Shown here: one piece after another, positions 38,139-49,000 of the stretch
Position numbering within the stretch: position 1 is the first letter of the stretch
How the letters are laid out: each line of letters begins with the position of its first letter
From: Crocinitomicaceae bacterium
GTDB taxonomy: Bacteria; Bacteroidota; Bacteroidia; Flavobacteriales_D; Crocinitomicaceae
Direction of reading: 5' to 3'
Length of the DNA: 64,000 bases
Assembly: GCA_044377675.1 (NCBI GenBank)
Contig: JBILYP010000007.1
Span: forward strand, 32,670-96,669
Position numbers and translations under genes: made by a program
Notes under the pieces: model-generated
Database searches by the model: none
Told to the model about the DNA's origin: nothing
Seen by the model: the letters and a program-made list of their open reading frames with translations, nothing else

Positions 38139-40682
38139 CTAAAGTAATCCTTTTGACCTTAAAAATTCGTCTAAGGATTCGATATCGCTAAAAAGCACTT
38201 CTCGTGCCTTGCTCCCTTGAAATGAGCCAATTATGCCTAAACTTTCCAATTGGTCAACAATTCTTCCGGCACGATTGTATCCTAATTTTAATTTTCGCTG
38301 CAATAAACTTGCAGATCCCTGTTGGCTGATCACTACAATTCTTGCAGAGTCTACAAACATGGAATCAATTTCAGACATATCGATATCTCCATTTCCTGCA
38401 TCCTCATCTCCTTGATATTCAGGTAGAATAAGTGCTTCTGGATAAGCTCGCTGAGAGCCAATAAATTCACAGATTTCCTCTACTTCATCGGTGTCCACAA
38501 ATCCACATTGCAAACGTTTCATGTCTGAACCGGTTGAAATAAGCATATCACCTCGTCCGATTAGCTGATCTGCTCCTGATGCATCAAGAATGGTGCGTGA
38601 ATCAATTTTTGATAACACGCGAAAGGCAATTCTTGCAGGAAAGTTTGCTTTGATCATACCTGTAATTACGTTTACCGAAGGTCTTTGTGTAGCAACAATT
38701 AAATGAATTCCAATGGCTCGAGCTAATTGAGCGATACGTGCTATTGGATGTTCCACTTCTTTACCAGCGGTCATTATTAAATCCGCAAATTCATCAATGA
38801 GTACAACAATGTATGGAAGGTATCGATGTCCATTTTCTGGATTTAGGCGTCGTTTAATAAATTTTTCGTTATATTCCTTTATTGTTCGAACACCCGCATC
38901 TTTTAATAATCCATAACGGTGATCCATTTCCACACACAACGAGTTGAGTGTATTCACAACTTTGGATGTGTCCGTTATGATTGCATCCTCTTCTCCTGGT
39001 AATTTAGCCAGAAAATGGCGTTCAATTTTATTGTAAAGCGTAAGTTCTACCTTCTTTGGATCTACTAACACAAATTTGATTTGAGCTGGATGTTTTCGAT
39101 ATAAAATAGAGATCAAAATAGCATTCAATCCAACCGATTTTCCTTGTCCAGTTGCACCAGCCACAAGTAAGTGAGGCATTTTCGTTAAGTCAAACACAAA
39201 GGTTTCATTTGTAATCGTTTTACCCATTACTACGGGAAGCTCGCCGTCAAAATTTTGGAACTTTTCAGAAGCAATTAATGAGCGCATGCTAACCATTTCT
39301 GGATTGGAATTTGGAACTTCAATTCCAATTGTTCCTTTTCCTGGGATTGGAGCGATAATACGAATACCCAAAGCACTTAGACTTAAAGCGATGTCATCTT
39401 CCAAGTTTTTGATCTTTGAAATTCGAACGCCCGGTGCTGGAACTATTTCATATAAAGTAACAGTGGGTCCAACCGTTGCCTTGATTTTTGAAATGTCAAT
39501 TTTATAATGTGAGAGAGTTTGAACAATTTTATCCTTGTTAGTTTCTAATTCTTCCTTGTTGACATTAACACCGCCACTTCCATAATCCTTCAACATATCA
39601 ATTGAAGGCAAGGTGTAATCAGATAAATCCATTTTAGGATCATATTCTCCAAATTCTTGAACCAACCGCTCTGCTTGTGATAAATCGGTTGAATTTGTTA
39701 CTACTTTTGGAGATTGAACAGGCGCAATGTATTCATTTTTAGGAACATCTATTTCAAAGTCTTCATTGAGTATGGAGTCTTCTTCATCATTATTCACCTC
39801 TATTTCCATTGGAATCTTGCCTAAGTCTTCAGCTTCATCATCTTTAAATACTATGGGTTCAGAAATGTATTCATTTTCAATTTCTTCGTCTTTAATCGGA
39901 TTAACGATTGTAAAATCTGTATCTTTTTCTTTGAAACCCCTTCTTTCTTCCTTCATAGCTCCTGCTGCTGAAACAGCTGGGGATTTGCGGTCTTGTAATA
40001 GGGATAAAAGTTGAGCGTAATTTGGTTTGAATAATAGTGTCACTAAAATATACAAGGTTGCCAAATGTACTACTATTGTTCCAAAATCTCCAAGAATTAA
40101 GTTTAGCCATTGATTGGTGTAATATCCAATACTACCTCCTAAAAAGTTAACAGCATAAGCAAAATACCCTAGAAATAAGGATGCCCATACGGCCAATAAT
40201 ACTGTTTTAATTGTTGTAGAGCGCAATGGAAGAATCGTTTTGTCAAATAATATTTTGACACTAAATAAAAGAAGAATCAAACAAAATGCAAATGATGAAA
40301 CTCCAAATAATCCATAGATAAAAACATGTGATGTCCATGCACCTAGTTTTCCCAGCCAATTGTCAACGGGCGTATTTTCACTTAGAAAAATAAAGTCGAT
40401 AAAATTTTTGTTTAATACCCTGTCTTGGTCGTTTTTCCAAGTGAAAAGGTAAGAAATGCAGGCAGCGAAAAGAAAAATTGAGAAAATAAAAAGTATTGTA
40501 CCGAAAATCGTTTTAAGTTTTGCTAAATCAAATTTCAATTGTGGAAGGCTTGCTTTGTTGTCCGCTTTTTTTTCAGTGCTTTTAGGTTTTGTTTTTCTTG
40601 GCTGTTTGGAGCGTTGGGAAACACTGTCGAATAGATCTTCAATTTCAGATTCGTTATCAGGTATGTATTCGTTTTCTGCCAT
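38139..40682 (-). CDS. ftsK: DNA translocase FtsK
   Basis: N-terminal 4-5 TM helices, acidic linker, motor domain with Walker A AGATGQGKS, and a C-terminal gamma winged helix LLQRKLKLGYNRAGRIVDQLE. Confidence 0.93.
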   Translation of the reverse strand: MAENEYIPDNESEIEDLFDSVSQRSKQPRKTKPKSTEKKADNKASLPQLKFDLAKLKTIFGTILFIFSIFLFAACISYLFTWKNDQDRVLNKNFIDFIFLSENTPVDNWLGKLGAWTSHVFIYGLFGVSSFAFCLILLLFSVKILFDKTILPLRSTTIKTVLLAVWASLFLGYFAYAVNFLGGSIGYYTNQWLNLILGDFGTIVVHLATLYILVTLLFKPNYAQLLSLLQDRKSPAVSAAGAMKEERRGFKEKDTDFTIVNPIKDEEIENEYISEPIVFKDDEAEDLGKIPMEIEVNNDEEDSILNEDFEIDVPKNEYIAPVQSPKVVTNSTDLSQAERLVQEFGEYDPKMDLSDYTLPSIDMLKDYGSGGVNVNKEELETNKDKIVQTLSHYKIDISKIKATVGPTVTLYEIVPAPGVRISKIKNLEDDIALSLSALGIRIIAPIPGKGTIGIEVPNSNPEMVSMRSLIASEKFQNFDGELPVVMGKTITNETFVFDLTKMPHLLVAGATGQGKSVGLNAILISILYRKHPAQIKFVLVDPKKVELTLYNKIERHFLAKLPGEEDAIITDTSKVVNTLNSLCVEMDHRYGLLKDAGVRTIKEYNEKFIKRRLNPENGHRYLPYIVVLIDEFADLIMTAGKEVEHPIARIAQLARAIGIHLIVATQRPSVNVITGMIKANFPARIAFRVLSKIDSRTILDASGADQLIGRGDMLISTGSDMKRLQCGFVDTDEVEEICEFIGSQRAYPEALILPEYQGDEDAGNGDIDMSEIDSMFVDSARIVVISQQGSASLLQRKLKLGYNRAGRIVDQLESLGIIGSFQGSKAREVLFSDIESLDEFLRSKGLL

Positions 40683-40818
40683 GGATATAAAATATGCTAT
40701 CTACGAAATTAGGTGTAGAAATCATAGAAAACTGAATGATTTAACCGAACTATGCACAATAAGATGTTAGCAAAGCACAATCTGTTTGTTGACAATTCAA
40801 CATCGAGACAATTAAAGG

Positions 40819-41547
40819 CTAATTTTTTTTGTATTCTTTTATCTCCAGTAAGAATTCAGGATGTGTTTCGATGTGATTCCCAATTACTACGAGAGAAGCA
40901 CCTGCGTCATGATAATCTTTTATTTGTTGAATCGTTTTAATGCCCCCACCGATAATTAACTGTGTGTCGATTTGAGAAATCATTTTTACTGCTTCGATCG
41001 GAATACTTGATTTCGCTCCACTTCCAGCATCTAAATAAGTGGCTTCGTGTCCTAAAAATTTACCTGCCAATGCCGTTTTATACATAATCGCATGCTCTGT
41101 TGAAGGTATGGGTGTTGTTTGACTCACGTATGCCACAGAACTATTTGTCCCTCCGTCAATGAGTAAATAGGAGGTAGGTATTACTTTTAATTTCATTTTT
41201 GCAATGTCCTCGGCCGATTCAATTTGACTTTCAATCAAATAATACGGGTTTCGTCCTGAAATGAGGCATAAAAATAATAAGGCGTCTGCTTCTGGCGATA
41301 GTTGCTTTGGCGAACCGGGGAAAATTATCAGTGGAATCGAACAGTTTTTCTTGATAAAACTAACTGTAAATTGAAATTGTTCACGTGTGCCAGTACTGCC
41401 GCCAATAAAAATAAGGTCGATTGCTGCTTTTTCGCAATTGCTGATGATGTTTTGTAGTTCGTTTACATCTTTCGATTTGTCAGGATCAACTAAAACAGCA
41501 ATTCCTTTGGTGAATTCAAAAATGGTGGAACTATTTTGTTTGATCAT
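40819..41547 (-). CDS. geranylgeranylglyceryl/heptaprenylglyceryl phosphate synthase family protein (PcrB/GGGPS)
   Basis: Motifs VDPDK, FIGGSTG, IFPGS, SGRNPYYL, YLDAGSGA and IGGGI. Trimmed to MIKQNSS, which gives a 4-nt overlap with the upstream ORF. Confidence 0.8.
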   Translation of the reverse strand: MIKQNSSTIFEFTKGIAVLVDPDKSKDVNELQNIISNCEKAAIDLIFIGGSTGTREQFQFTVSFIKKNCSIPLIIFPGSPKQLSPEADALLFLCLISGRNPYYLIESQIESAEDIAKMKLKVIPTSYLLIDGGTNSSVAYVSQTTPIPSTEHAIMYKTALAGKFLGHEATYLDAGSGAKSSIPIEAVKMISQIDTQLIIGGGIKTIQQIKDYHDAGASLVVIGNHIETHPEFLLEIKEYKKN

Positions 41548-42125
41548 GCGGTAGTATTGACGCAAATTAAGGAATTGTTTTCTTCCAAAATTAAAAAATG
41601 GTAAATCTTTTCTGGTTTGAGCCTTGAATAACCGGTCCAACTATCATCACTTATTCTTGTTGTCATTAACTCCTTTTTATAATCAATTGTTTTGTCATCC
41701 AATAATTTTATAAGACATTCCTTAATACACCAAACAATCGTTTTATCCTTTAATGTATGTACAAAGCTTGATTCATCTTGGTGTAAATACCGTTCAGATA
41801 CTTTTTCTATGCGTTCATGAATTGTTTCTATGTCCAACCCCAAATTTTCTAAACTAGACCAAGCCAATCCAATCCAGTTTTTTGAATGACTAATTGAAAT
41901 TGAATGAGATTTAGAAGCGAAGAAGGGTTTTCCATTTAGGTTATATTCAAGTTTTTCTTTCGGATGAAACATAGTTAGTAAATATGCTATACCCGCTTTT
42001 TCGATCAATCTTTTTTCATTAAATAAAGTCTTTTCTGAATTGCTTTGTGGAATTTTCAATAATTCGGCATCCACCCTTACGAGTGCAATTTTTACGTTAT
42101 TTTTATCAATTAAGATTGCTTTCAA
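41544..42125 (-). CDS. 4'-phosphopantetheinyl transferase superfamily protein
   Basis: NGKPFF...ISISHS...GLDIETI...WCIKECLIK matches the Sfp/AcpS PPTase motifs. Apparent TTG start. Confidence 0.65.
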   Translation of the reverse strand: MKAILIDKNNVKIALVRVDAELLKIPQSNSEKTLFNEKRLIEKAGIAYLLTMFHPKEKLEYNLNGKPFFASKSHSISISHSKNWIGLAWSSLENLGLDIETIHERIEKVSERYLHQDESSFVHTLKDKTIVWCIKECLIKLLDDKTIDYKKELMTTRISDDSWTGYSRLKPEKIYHFLILEENNSLICVNTTA

Positions 42126-42283
42126 GGTTCAAAACTAAAATTTATGATTAAAAGTCTGTGTTTTTTGTAAGGTTAATTAATCTTTTTTTTTGATTTTTTT
42201 AACATTCAATATACATAGTAATTATTTTTTTCTATTTTTACGAACTAAAATTGTGGAAACTCTTTAAACATTAAATATTGTTT

Positions 42284-45200
42284 ATGTTACAAAAATTTAC
42301 ATTTGCGATAGTAACTATTTTTATATCAGTTACTTCTATTTATTCACAGACTGGTTTAGGAATGGTCAAAGGTTCTGTGAGGGATGAAAAAACTAAGGTT
42401 GGTTTAGAGTACTGTAAAGTAGTATTGATTCTTAATGGTTCAACTAAGGCCGGTGCATCAACTGATGAGAAAGGAGAATTTCAAATAAATAGTGTGTCTC
42501 CGGGTACATATGACGTGGAGGTTCGTAGCTCTGATGGTTATCAGCCTTTCAAATTGACTGGATTCAAGGTGATTGGAGACAAAATATCTTTTTTAGATAA
42601 TATTGAGTTAACAAAGCCTAACGATGTTAAGGATTTAGAAGAGTTCAAAATAGTTGTATATAAAGTTCCGTTAATTGATAAGGATGGTGGTGCATCGGGA
42701 GGAACAGTAACTCGTGAGGATATTGGAAGGTTGCCTGTTCGCTCTGCTGCAGGTGTAGCTTCAACTGTAGGTGGTGTAAGTACAAATGAAGGTTCAGGAG
42801 AAATTTCGGTTAGGGGATCACGTTCTGATGGTACTTATTTTTATATCGATGGTATTAAAGTTCGTGGGTCTTCAAATTTACCGAAGTCCTCAATGGAGGA
42901 AGTCTCTGTAATAACTGGAGGTGTACCGGCTAACTATGGTGATGTAACTGGTGGAATCATTGCAATTACCACGCGTGGGCCATCTGCTAAATATTTTGGA
43001 AGTATTGAAGGGGTGAGTTCGGGATTTTATCTTAAAGGTGCAGACAAAGATGGTTATGACGGAAAGGTGTTTGGGTTAGATAAATTTGGATATAACTTAA
43101 TTGAGGGGATGCTTTCTGGTCCGCTTTGGATGCAAAGAGATTCAACAGGAAAGAAAACGAAGCCAAGACTAGGGTTTTTAGCTTCTGTGAATTATACCAA
43201 TGAATTGGATAATCGTCCGTTAGCAGGTGGAAGTTACAGAATTAAAAAGGAAGTAAGAGATAATTTATTAACTAATCCTTTACGGCCAACCTCTACTGGG
43301 TTTGGTACTTTTCATAATGCACTATTCTTGAAGAATTCAGATTTTGAAAAAACGGCATGGAGAATGAATGCTGGTTCAAGTGTATTATCTAGTCAATTTA
43401 AATTAGACGTTAACACAGGTCCTTCTGTAAATCTAACATTTGGGGGATCGTTGAATTATAGTCAAGGAACGAATTATTCCTATGCGGGTTCATTAATGAA
43501 TTTCACGAATTACGGCGTATCCAAGTCACTAGATTGGAGGGTGTTTGGTAGATTAACACAACGTTTCGTTAATAAGGATGAAAATTCTGCTTCAAAGATT
43601 AAATCAGCTAATTATAATATCATGGTCGATTTCTCGAAATCAACAAGCGAGTTTTATGATGCTAATCACAAATATAATTTGTTCAATTATGGCCACGTGG
43701 GTAAATTTGAAACCGAAAGAAGACCATCATACGAATTTGATCCAATTACTCAGACGTATGTTCATAACGGATTCAAGGATGTAGAAGTTAAATTTACTCC
43801 TTCGGAGACAAATGCTGCCTTGGCTGCAATTACAACCCAATATTTTGATATTTACGAGGGTAATCCAACTGGTCGATATGAAAACCTATTTCAAATTCAA
43901 CAAGGTAATGCGCTTCGTAATGGGGATGCTCCCTCAAGTGTTTATGGAATTTGGAGCAATGTAGGTTCTCCATACAATGGTTTTGGTAAATCAGAGAACG
44001 ATCAATTCCGTGTTACAGGTTCAGGTTCTGTTTCAATTGGTGATCATAATATTTCGCTTGGTTTTGAATTTGAGCAACGTATGGATAGAGGCTGGACAAG
44101 TGGTGATTTTGGCCCTGTTGGTATTTGGTCGATTGCTCGTCAATTAGCTAATTTTCATATAGAAGAATTAGATTTGAATAGCTTCGCGATATCTGATTCG
44201 GGTTCTTTTAAGGCAATAACTTATGATAGATTAAATACTGGTTATGCAAATACATCAGGTTCAGGCACCTATGGGGGACAAGAGAACAATGACAATCAAT
44301 CCTTCTTTGATTATAATTTAAGACAAAAATTAGGATTAGATCCTTCAGGATCTGACTATGTTGATATAGATCAATACGACCCAAATATTTATCAATTTGA
44401 TATGTTTTCACCGGATGAATTATTGAATCAAGGGAATTCTTATGTTTCTTATTGGGGATATGATCACACAGGTAAAAAGGTGAAAGGCAATACCGATATC
44501 AACAGTTACTTTAATGACTTTGATGATAATGGTAACTATAAACGATTTGTTGGGGCTTTCCAGCCAGTTTATATGGCTGGTTATTTAATGGATAAATTTG
44601 CTTTTAAAGATATTGTATTTAATGTTGGGGTACGTGTGGATGTTTTCGATGCTAACCAGCCCGTATTGAAGGATCCTTATCTTTTCTTTAATGCACTGAG
44701 CGTGAAAGAAGTTAGAGCCCTGAAGGAATCGGATCCAAATACGTATTCATGGGTAAATCTACCTCAAGGTATGGGTGACGACTATGTTGTGTATGTTAAT
44801 GATGTAAATAATCCATCTGCAATTAACGGATTTAGAACTGGAATGAGCTGGTATAATTCTTCGGGTACTCCTATTGAAGATCCGAAAGTGATTCGTGGTT
44901 CAGCTGGTATTGCTCCATGGTTAACCAATCCTGCTCAGGAAACTCCAAATGAAACGGCATTTCAAGATTATAAAGCTCAAGTGAATGTTATGCCTCGTAT
45001 CGCATTCTCATTCCCTATTTCGGATGAGGCTTCTTTCTTTGCACATTATGATGTGTTAACAAAACGACCAACAACTGGATTTAGATTTAACCCGTATGAA
45101 TATCAGTATATTCAATCTAGAAACGAGGTTATTAATAACGCAAACCTAAAACCAGAAACAACCGTTGATTATGAATTAGGTTTTCAACAAGTTTTGTCTC

Positions 45201-46039
45201 GCACCTCCTCTTTAAAGATTTCTGCGTTCTATAGAGAACAAAGAAACAATGTTCAATTAGTTAATATGTTTGAAGCTTATCCTGCAACTTATAAAACCTA
45301 CGGTAACCGAGATTTTGGTACAGTTAAAGGGTTAACAGTATCTTATGATTTACGTCAAACCGGTAATGTACGTTTAACAGCTGCATATACCCTTCAGTTT
45401 GCTGACGGTACAGGTTCAAATGCTACAACTGCATCTGGATTAATAAATGCAGGTCTACCAAATCTACGTAATATATTCCCGTATGATTTTGATCAGCGCC
45501 ATGCATTCAATGTGACATTTGATTATCGCTATGGTGAAGGAGAAAACTACAGTGGACCAGTTATTGGGAATAAAAGAATTTTGGAGAATTTTGGATTGAA
45601 TATTTTTTCTAACATCAATTCTGGTTCACCATACTCAACTCAAACATTTATCACTGACGAAGGTATTGGTAATTTAAATGCAGGTTTGAGTGGAACATTG
45701 AATGGTTCCAGATTGCCATGGACGTATCGTTTAGATATTCAATTAGACAAAACGTTTAACATTGAATTTGGTAAAGACGAGGACAAGAAAAAAGTTACTT
45801 TCTTAAATGTATACATACGTGTAACGAACCTTTTCAATAAATTTAATATTTTGAATGTTTATCGGGCTACAGGAAACTGGGATGATGATGGATATCTTGC
45901 AGCTGCCGCTAGTCAAACGTCTATTCAAAATCAGATTGATGAGCAATCTTTCAGAGATTTTTATGCAATGAAAGTTCAAAATGCTTTCAATATTAGTGTG
46001 CCTAGAACTATCAGATTAGGTGTTAAATTTGATTTTTAA
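42284..46039 (+). CDS. giant TonB-dependent-receptor-type outer-membrane barrel with N-terminal carboxypeptidase-regulatory-like domain (Oar-like class)
   Basis: Signal peptide, beta-sandwich segment GSVRDEKTKVGLEYCKVVL..GTYDVEV, plug-like segment ISVRGSRSDGTYFYIDGIKV...GGIIAITTRG, a long beta-rich barrel region, and terminal ...RLGVKFDF. ATG at 42284; the track start is TTG at 42278. Confidence 0.8.
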   Translation: MLQKFTFAIVTIFISVTSIYSQTGLGMVKGSVRDEKTKVGLEYCKVVLILNGSTKAGASTDEKGEFQINSVSPGTYDVEVRSSDGYQPFKLTGFKVIGDKISFLDNIELTKPNDVKDLEEFKIVVYKVPLIDKDGGASGGTVTREDIGRLPVRSAAGVASTVGGVSTNEGSGEISVRGSRSDGTYFYIDGIKVRGSSNLPKSSMEEVSVITGGVPANYGDVTGGIIAITTRGPSAKYFGSIEGVSSGFYLKGADKDGYDGKVFGLDKFGYNLIEGMLSGPLWMQRDSTGKKTKPRLGFLASVNYTNELDNRPLAGGSYRIKKEVRDNLLTNPLRPTSTGFGTFHNALFLKNSDFEKTAWRMNAGSSVLSSQFKLDVNTGPSVNLTFGGSLNYSQGTNYSYAGSLMNFTNYGVSKSLDWRVFGRLTQRFVNKDENSASKIKSANYNIMVDFSKSTSEFYDANHKYNLFNYGHVGKFETERRPSYEFDPITQTYVHNGFKDVEVKFTPSETNAALAAITTQYFDIYEGNPTGRYENLFQIQQGNALRNGDAPSSVYGIWSNVGSPYNGFGKSENDQFRVTGSGSVSIGDHNISLGFEFEQRMDRGWTSGDFGPVGIWSIARQLANFHIEELDLNSFAISDSGSFKAITYDRLNTGYANTSGSGTYGGQENNDNQSFFDYNLRQKLGLDPSGSDYVDIDQYDPNIYQFDMFSPDELLNQGNSYVSYWGYDHTGKKVKGNTDINSYFNDFDDNGNYKRFVGAFQPVYMAGYLMDKFAFKDIVFNVGVRVDVFDANQPVLKDPYLFFNALSVKEVRALKESDPNTYSWVNLPQGMGDDYVVYVNDVNNPSAINGFRTGMSWYNSSGTPIEDPKVIRGSAGIAPWLTNPAQETPNETAFQDYKAQVNVMPRIAFSFPISDEASFFAHYDVLTKRPTTGFRFNPYEYQYIQSRNEVINNANLKPETTVDYELGFQQVLSRTSSLKISAFYREQRNNVQLVNMFEAYPATYKTYGNRDFGTVKGLTVSYDLRQTGNVRLTAAYTLQFADGTGSNATTASGLINAGLPNLRNIFPYDFDQRHAFNVTFDYRYGEGENYSGPVIGNKRILENFGLNIFSNINSGSPYSTQTFITDEGIGNLNAGLSGTLNGSRLPWTYRLDIQLDKTFNIEFGKDEDKKKVTFLNVYIRVTNLFNKFNILNVYRATGNWDDDGYLAAAASQTSIQNQIDEQSFRDFYAMKVQNAFNISVPRTIRLGVKFDF

Positions 46040-46065
46040 TTAAGTAGAATATAAACAACAGATAT

Positions 46066-49000
46066 ATGAAAAAGCAATTATTTGCAGCTTTATTCGGAAT
46101 TACAATAGTTACTTCAAATGCGCTCGCGTATTATGGACCTAATGATAAAAGTAATAAGCCTGTTTCTAAACCTAAGGGAGCTAATTGTAGCCCTGCAACA
46201 GCTAAATTATACATGGAGTTTAATGATGTGAAAGCATTAATTGAGCAAGGTGGAAGTATGTTTCAAAACAGACAAGCAGGTGTAGCGGCTTATGAGGTGC
46301 CAAAAGGAAGTAATCTTTTTGCGATTTTTGCTGGTGCTCTTTGGATGGGTGGCACTGACGTAAATGGTCAGTTGAAATTAGCGGCTCTTCGTTACCGTCA
46401 AGGGAATGATTTTTGGCCTGGCCCTTTAACTGTTACTCCAGGAACTGGCACATTTAATCCTGGATCTCCTGTGGGCGATGATGCAATTAGAGATTTTGGT
46501 GAGGCAAATATTGATCCAGATCAGTGTATAGCATTCGATAAATTCTATACAATTAAAAAAGCTGAAGTAATTCGTTTCAATATTTGGTGGGAATGTAACA
46601 ATGGAGTAACAACGGAAGGTTGTGATGATATTACTGTTCCAACCAATGATGAACTAAATAGAATTTATGGATGGCCTGCCCATGGTGATGTTTCAAGAGG
46701 TCAAGATTATTTCTTAGCTCCTTTTTATGATCGCGATGGAGATGGTAATTATAATCCTGACAGCGGTGATCATCCATGGTATGATGATATTTTAGGACGA
46801 GATGATATTGAATGTGGAGTAGACCGTAGGGTTTCATTATATGGAGATGAAACGCATTGGTGGGTCTTCAATGACAAAGGTAATATTCACACTGAAACAA
46901 ATGGTGATCCTATTGGAATGGAAATACGTGCTCAAGCTTTTTCGTTTGCAACGAATGACGAGATTAATCGAATGACGTTCTATAATTATGAATTGATTAA
47001 CCGAGGTACTCAAACATTGTATAATACGTATTTCTCTCAGTTTTTAGATGCCGATTTAGGAAATTATGCAGATGACTATACTGGGTGTGATGTATCTCGT
47101 GGGTTAGGATATATGTATAATGGTGATTTGAATGATGAAAGTGATGGTGGTAAATTAGGATATGGTGAGAATCCTCCGGCTATAGGATGTGATTTCTTCG
47201 AAGGACCTTATCAAGATGCTGATGGGATTGACAATACAGGGCCATATTTTGACGAGGCAACTCAAACTGAAGTTGTTCCAACCGTAGTTGAAGCTTTGGC
47301 AAATGATGGTATTATATACAAAGGAATAGGTATAGGATATAGTGATGGAATTGTTGATAATGAGCGTTTTGGAATGAGAAGATTTACTTATTTTACATCA
47401 ACATCTGCTTATCCATATAATGATCCAGGACCTGCATCTGAATATTATAATTTCATGAAAGGAAATTGGGCTAATGGTTCTCAGATGTTTTATGGTGGTT
47501 TAGGTTATACAGGTTCAAATGGAGTAACTACAACTGAATCAAGTTATATGTTTCCTGGAGATTCAGATCCATTACATTGGTCAACTGGTGGAGAAGATAT
47601 GACATCAAATCCTAATTTCGCTAATGGGTGGAGTGAGGCAACTAGTAACAATCCTGCTGGAGATAGACGTTTTGTTCAATCTGCTGGCCCGTTTACATTG
47701 AAACCAGGTGCTATTAACAATATTACTGTGGGTATTGTATATGGTAGAAGTACAGATGGCGGATTGATGGCTTCTGTAGATGCAATGAAAAGAGCAGATA
47801 CGAAAGCTCAAGCATTATTCGATGCATGTTTTAAAATTCTTTCTCCACCTGATGCTCCAAAAGTTTTAATTCAAGAATTAGAAAATGAATTAATTATCAT
47901 GTTGGAAAATCCTTCTTCTTCAAACAATTATCAAGAAGGGTACAAAGAATTGGATGAAGTAAACATTCCAGACCCAACAGTTGATCGTTATTATCGTTTT
48001 GAAGGATATCAAATCTTCCAATTGAAAAGTTCAGATGTTTCTGTTGCTGATATTTCTGACCCAACGAAAGCTCGTTTAGTAGCACAATGTGATATAAAAA
48101 ATGACATATCTCGTTTAATTAATTTTGAATTTGATGAATCACTTGGGTTTTCTGTACCAGTAGAAAAAGTGGATGGTGATAACACAGGCATTCGTCATTC
48201 ATTCAAAGTGACAGATGATGCATTTGCACAAGGACAAAGAACATTGGTAAATCATAAAACATATTATTATGTAGCTGTTGCATATGCATATAATCAATTT
48301 AAAAAATATGATCCAAATGATCCTGAATTGTTGGATGGTCAAAAAATTCCTTTCATATCCTCTCGTTTGAATTATGACGGTACTGCTATCAGCGCATATG
48401 AAGCTGTTCCACATAGTCCAATTCCTGAGGCTGGTGGTACAATGCAAATGATTGAATATGGTTCTTCCCCGCAAATCACGCGCTTAGATGGTTATGGAAA
48501 TGGAAATCGCTCATTGGATTTCACTCCTGCAACATTGACCCAAATTTTAACGGATGGTTTCATGGAGAATCCAACGTATGATTATGGAAAAGGCCCAATT
48601 AATATCAAAGTGGTTGATCCATTGGCATTAGCACCGGGTTATTTTGAATGCAAATTCAGAGATTATACAGCACCAACAACAGGTAATGGAACTGATACAG
48701 CGAGTTGGGTTGTTTATCAATACGACAAAAAAGGTGGTTCAATCATCGATTCAGTTAGTTCAGATCAAACAATAGCTGTAGATAACGAGCAAATAATTCC
48801 AAAATGGGGAATTTCTGTTCAGATTCATCAAGAGAATTATTATTTTGCCTCGGGATCTGGAAATGTTTCTGCTAAATATACAGATATGATCGAGTCATCA
48901 ATTGAATTTGCGGATTCTTCCAAAAGATGGTTAACAGGAGTTTCTGATAATGATGCTTATTTTCCAACTAACTGGGTTCGCTCAGGAGATTACGCACCTG

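Noticed and set aside
40683-40818. 62-104-aa plus-strand ORFs (40456-40770, 40752-40940) around the ftsK start and the PcrB-family gene end.
   Set aside because: They largely overlap the well-supported minus-strand genes and show no motifs. The interval is more plausibly the ftsK promoter region.
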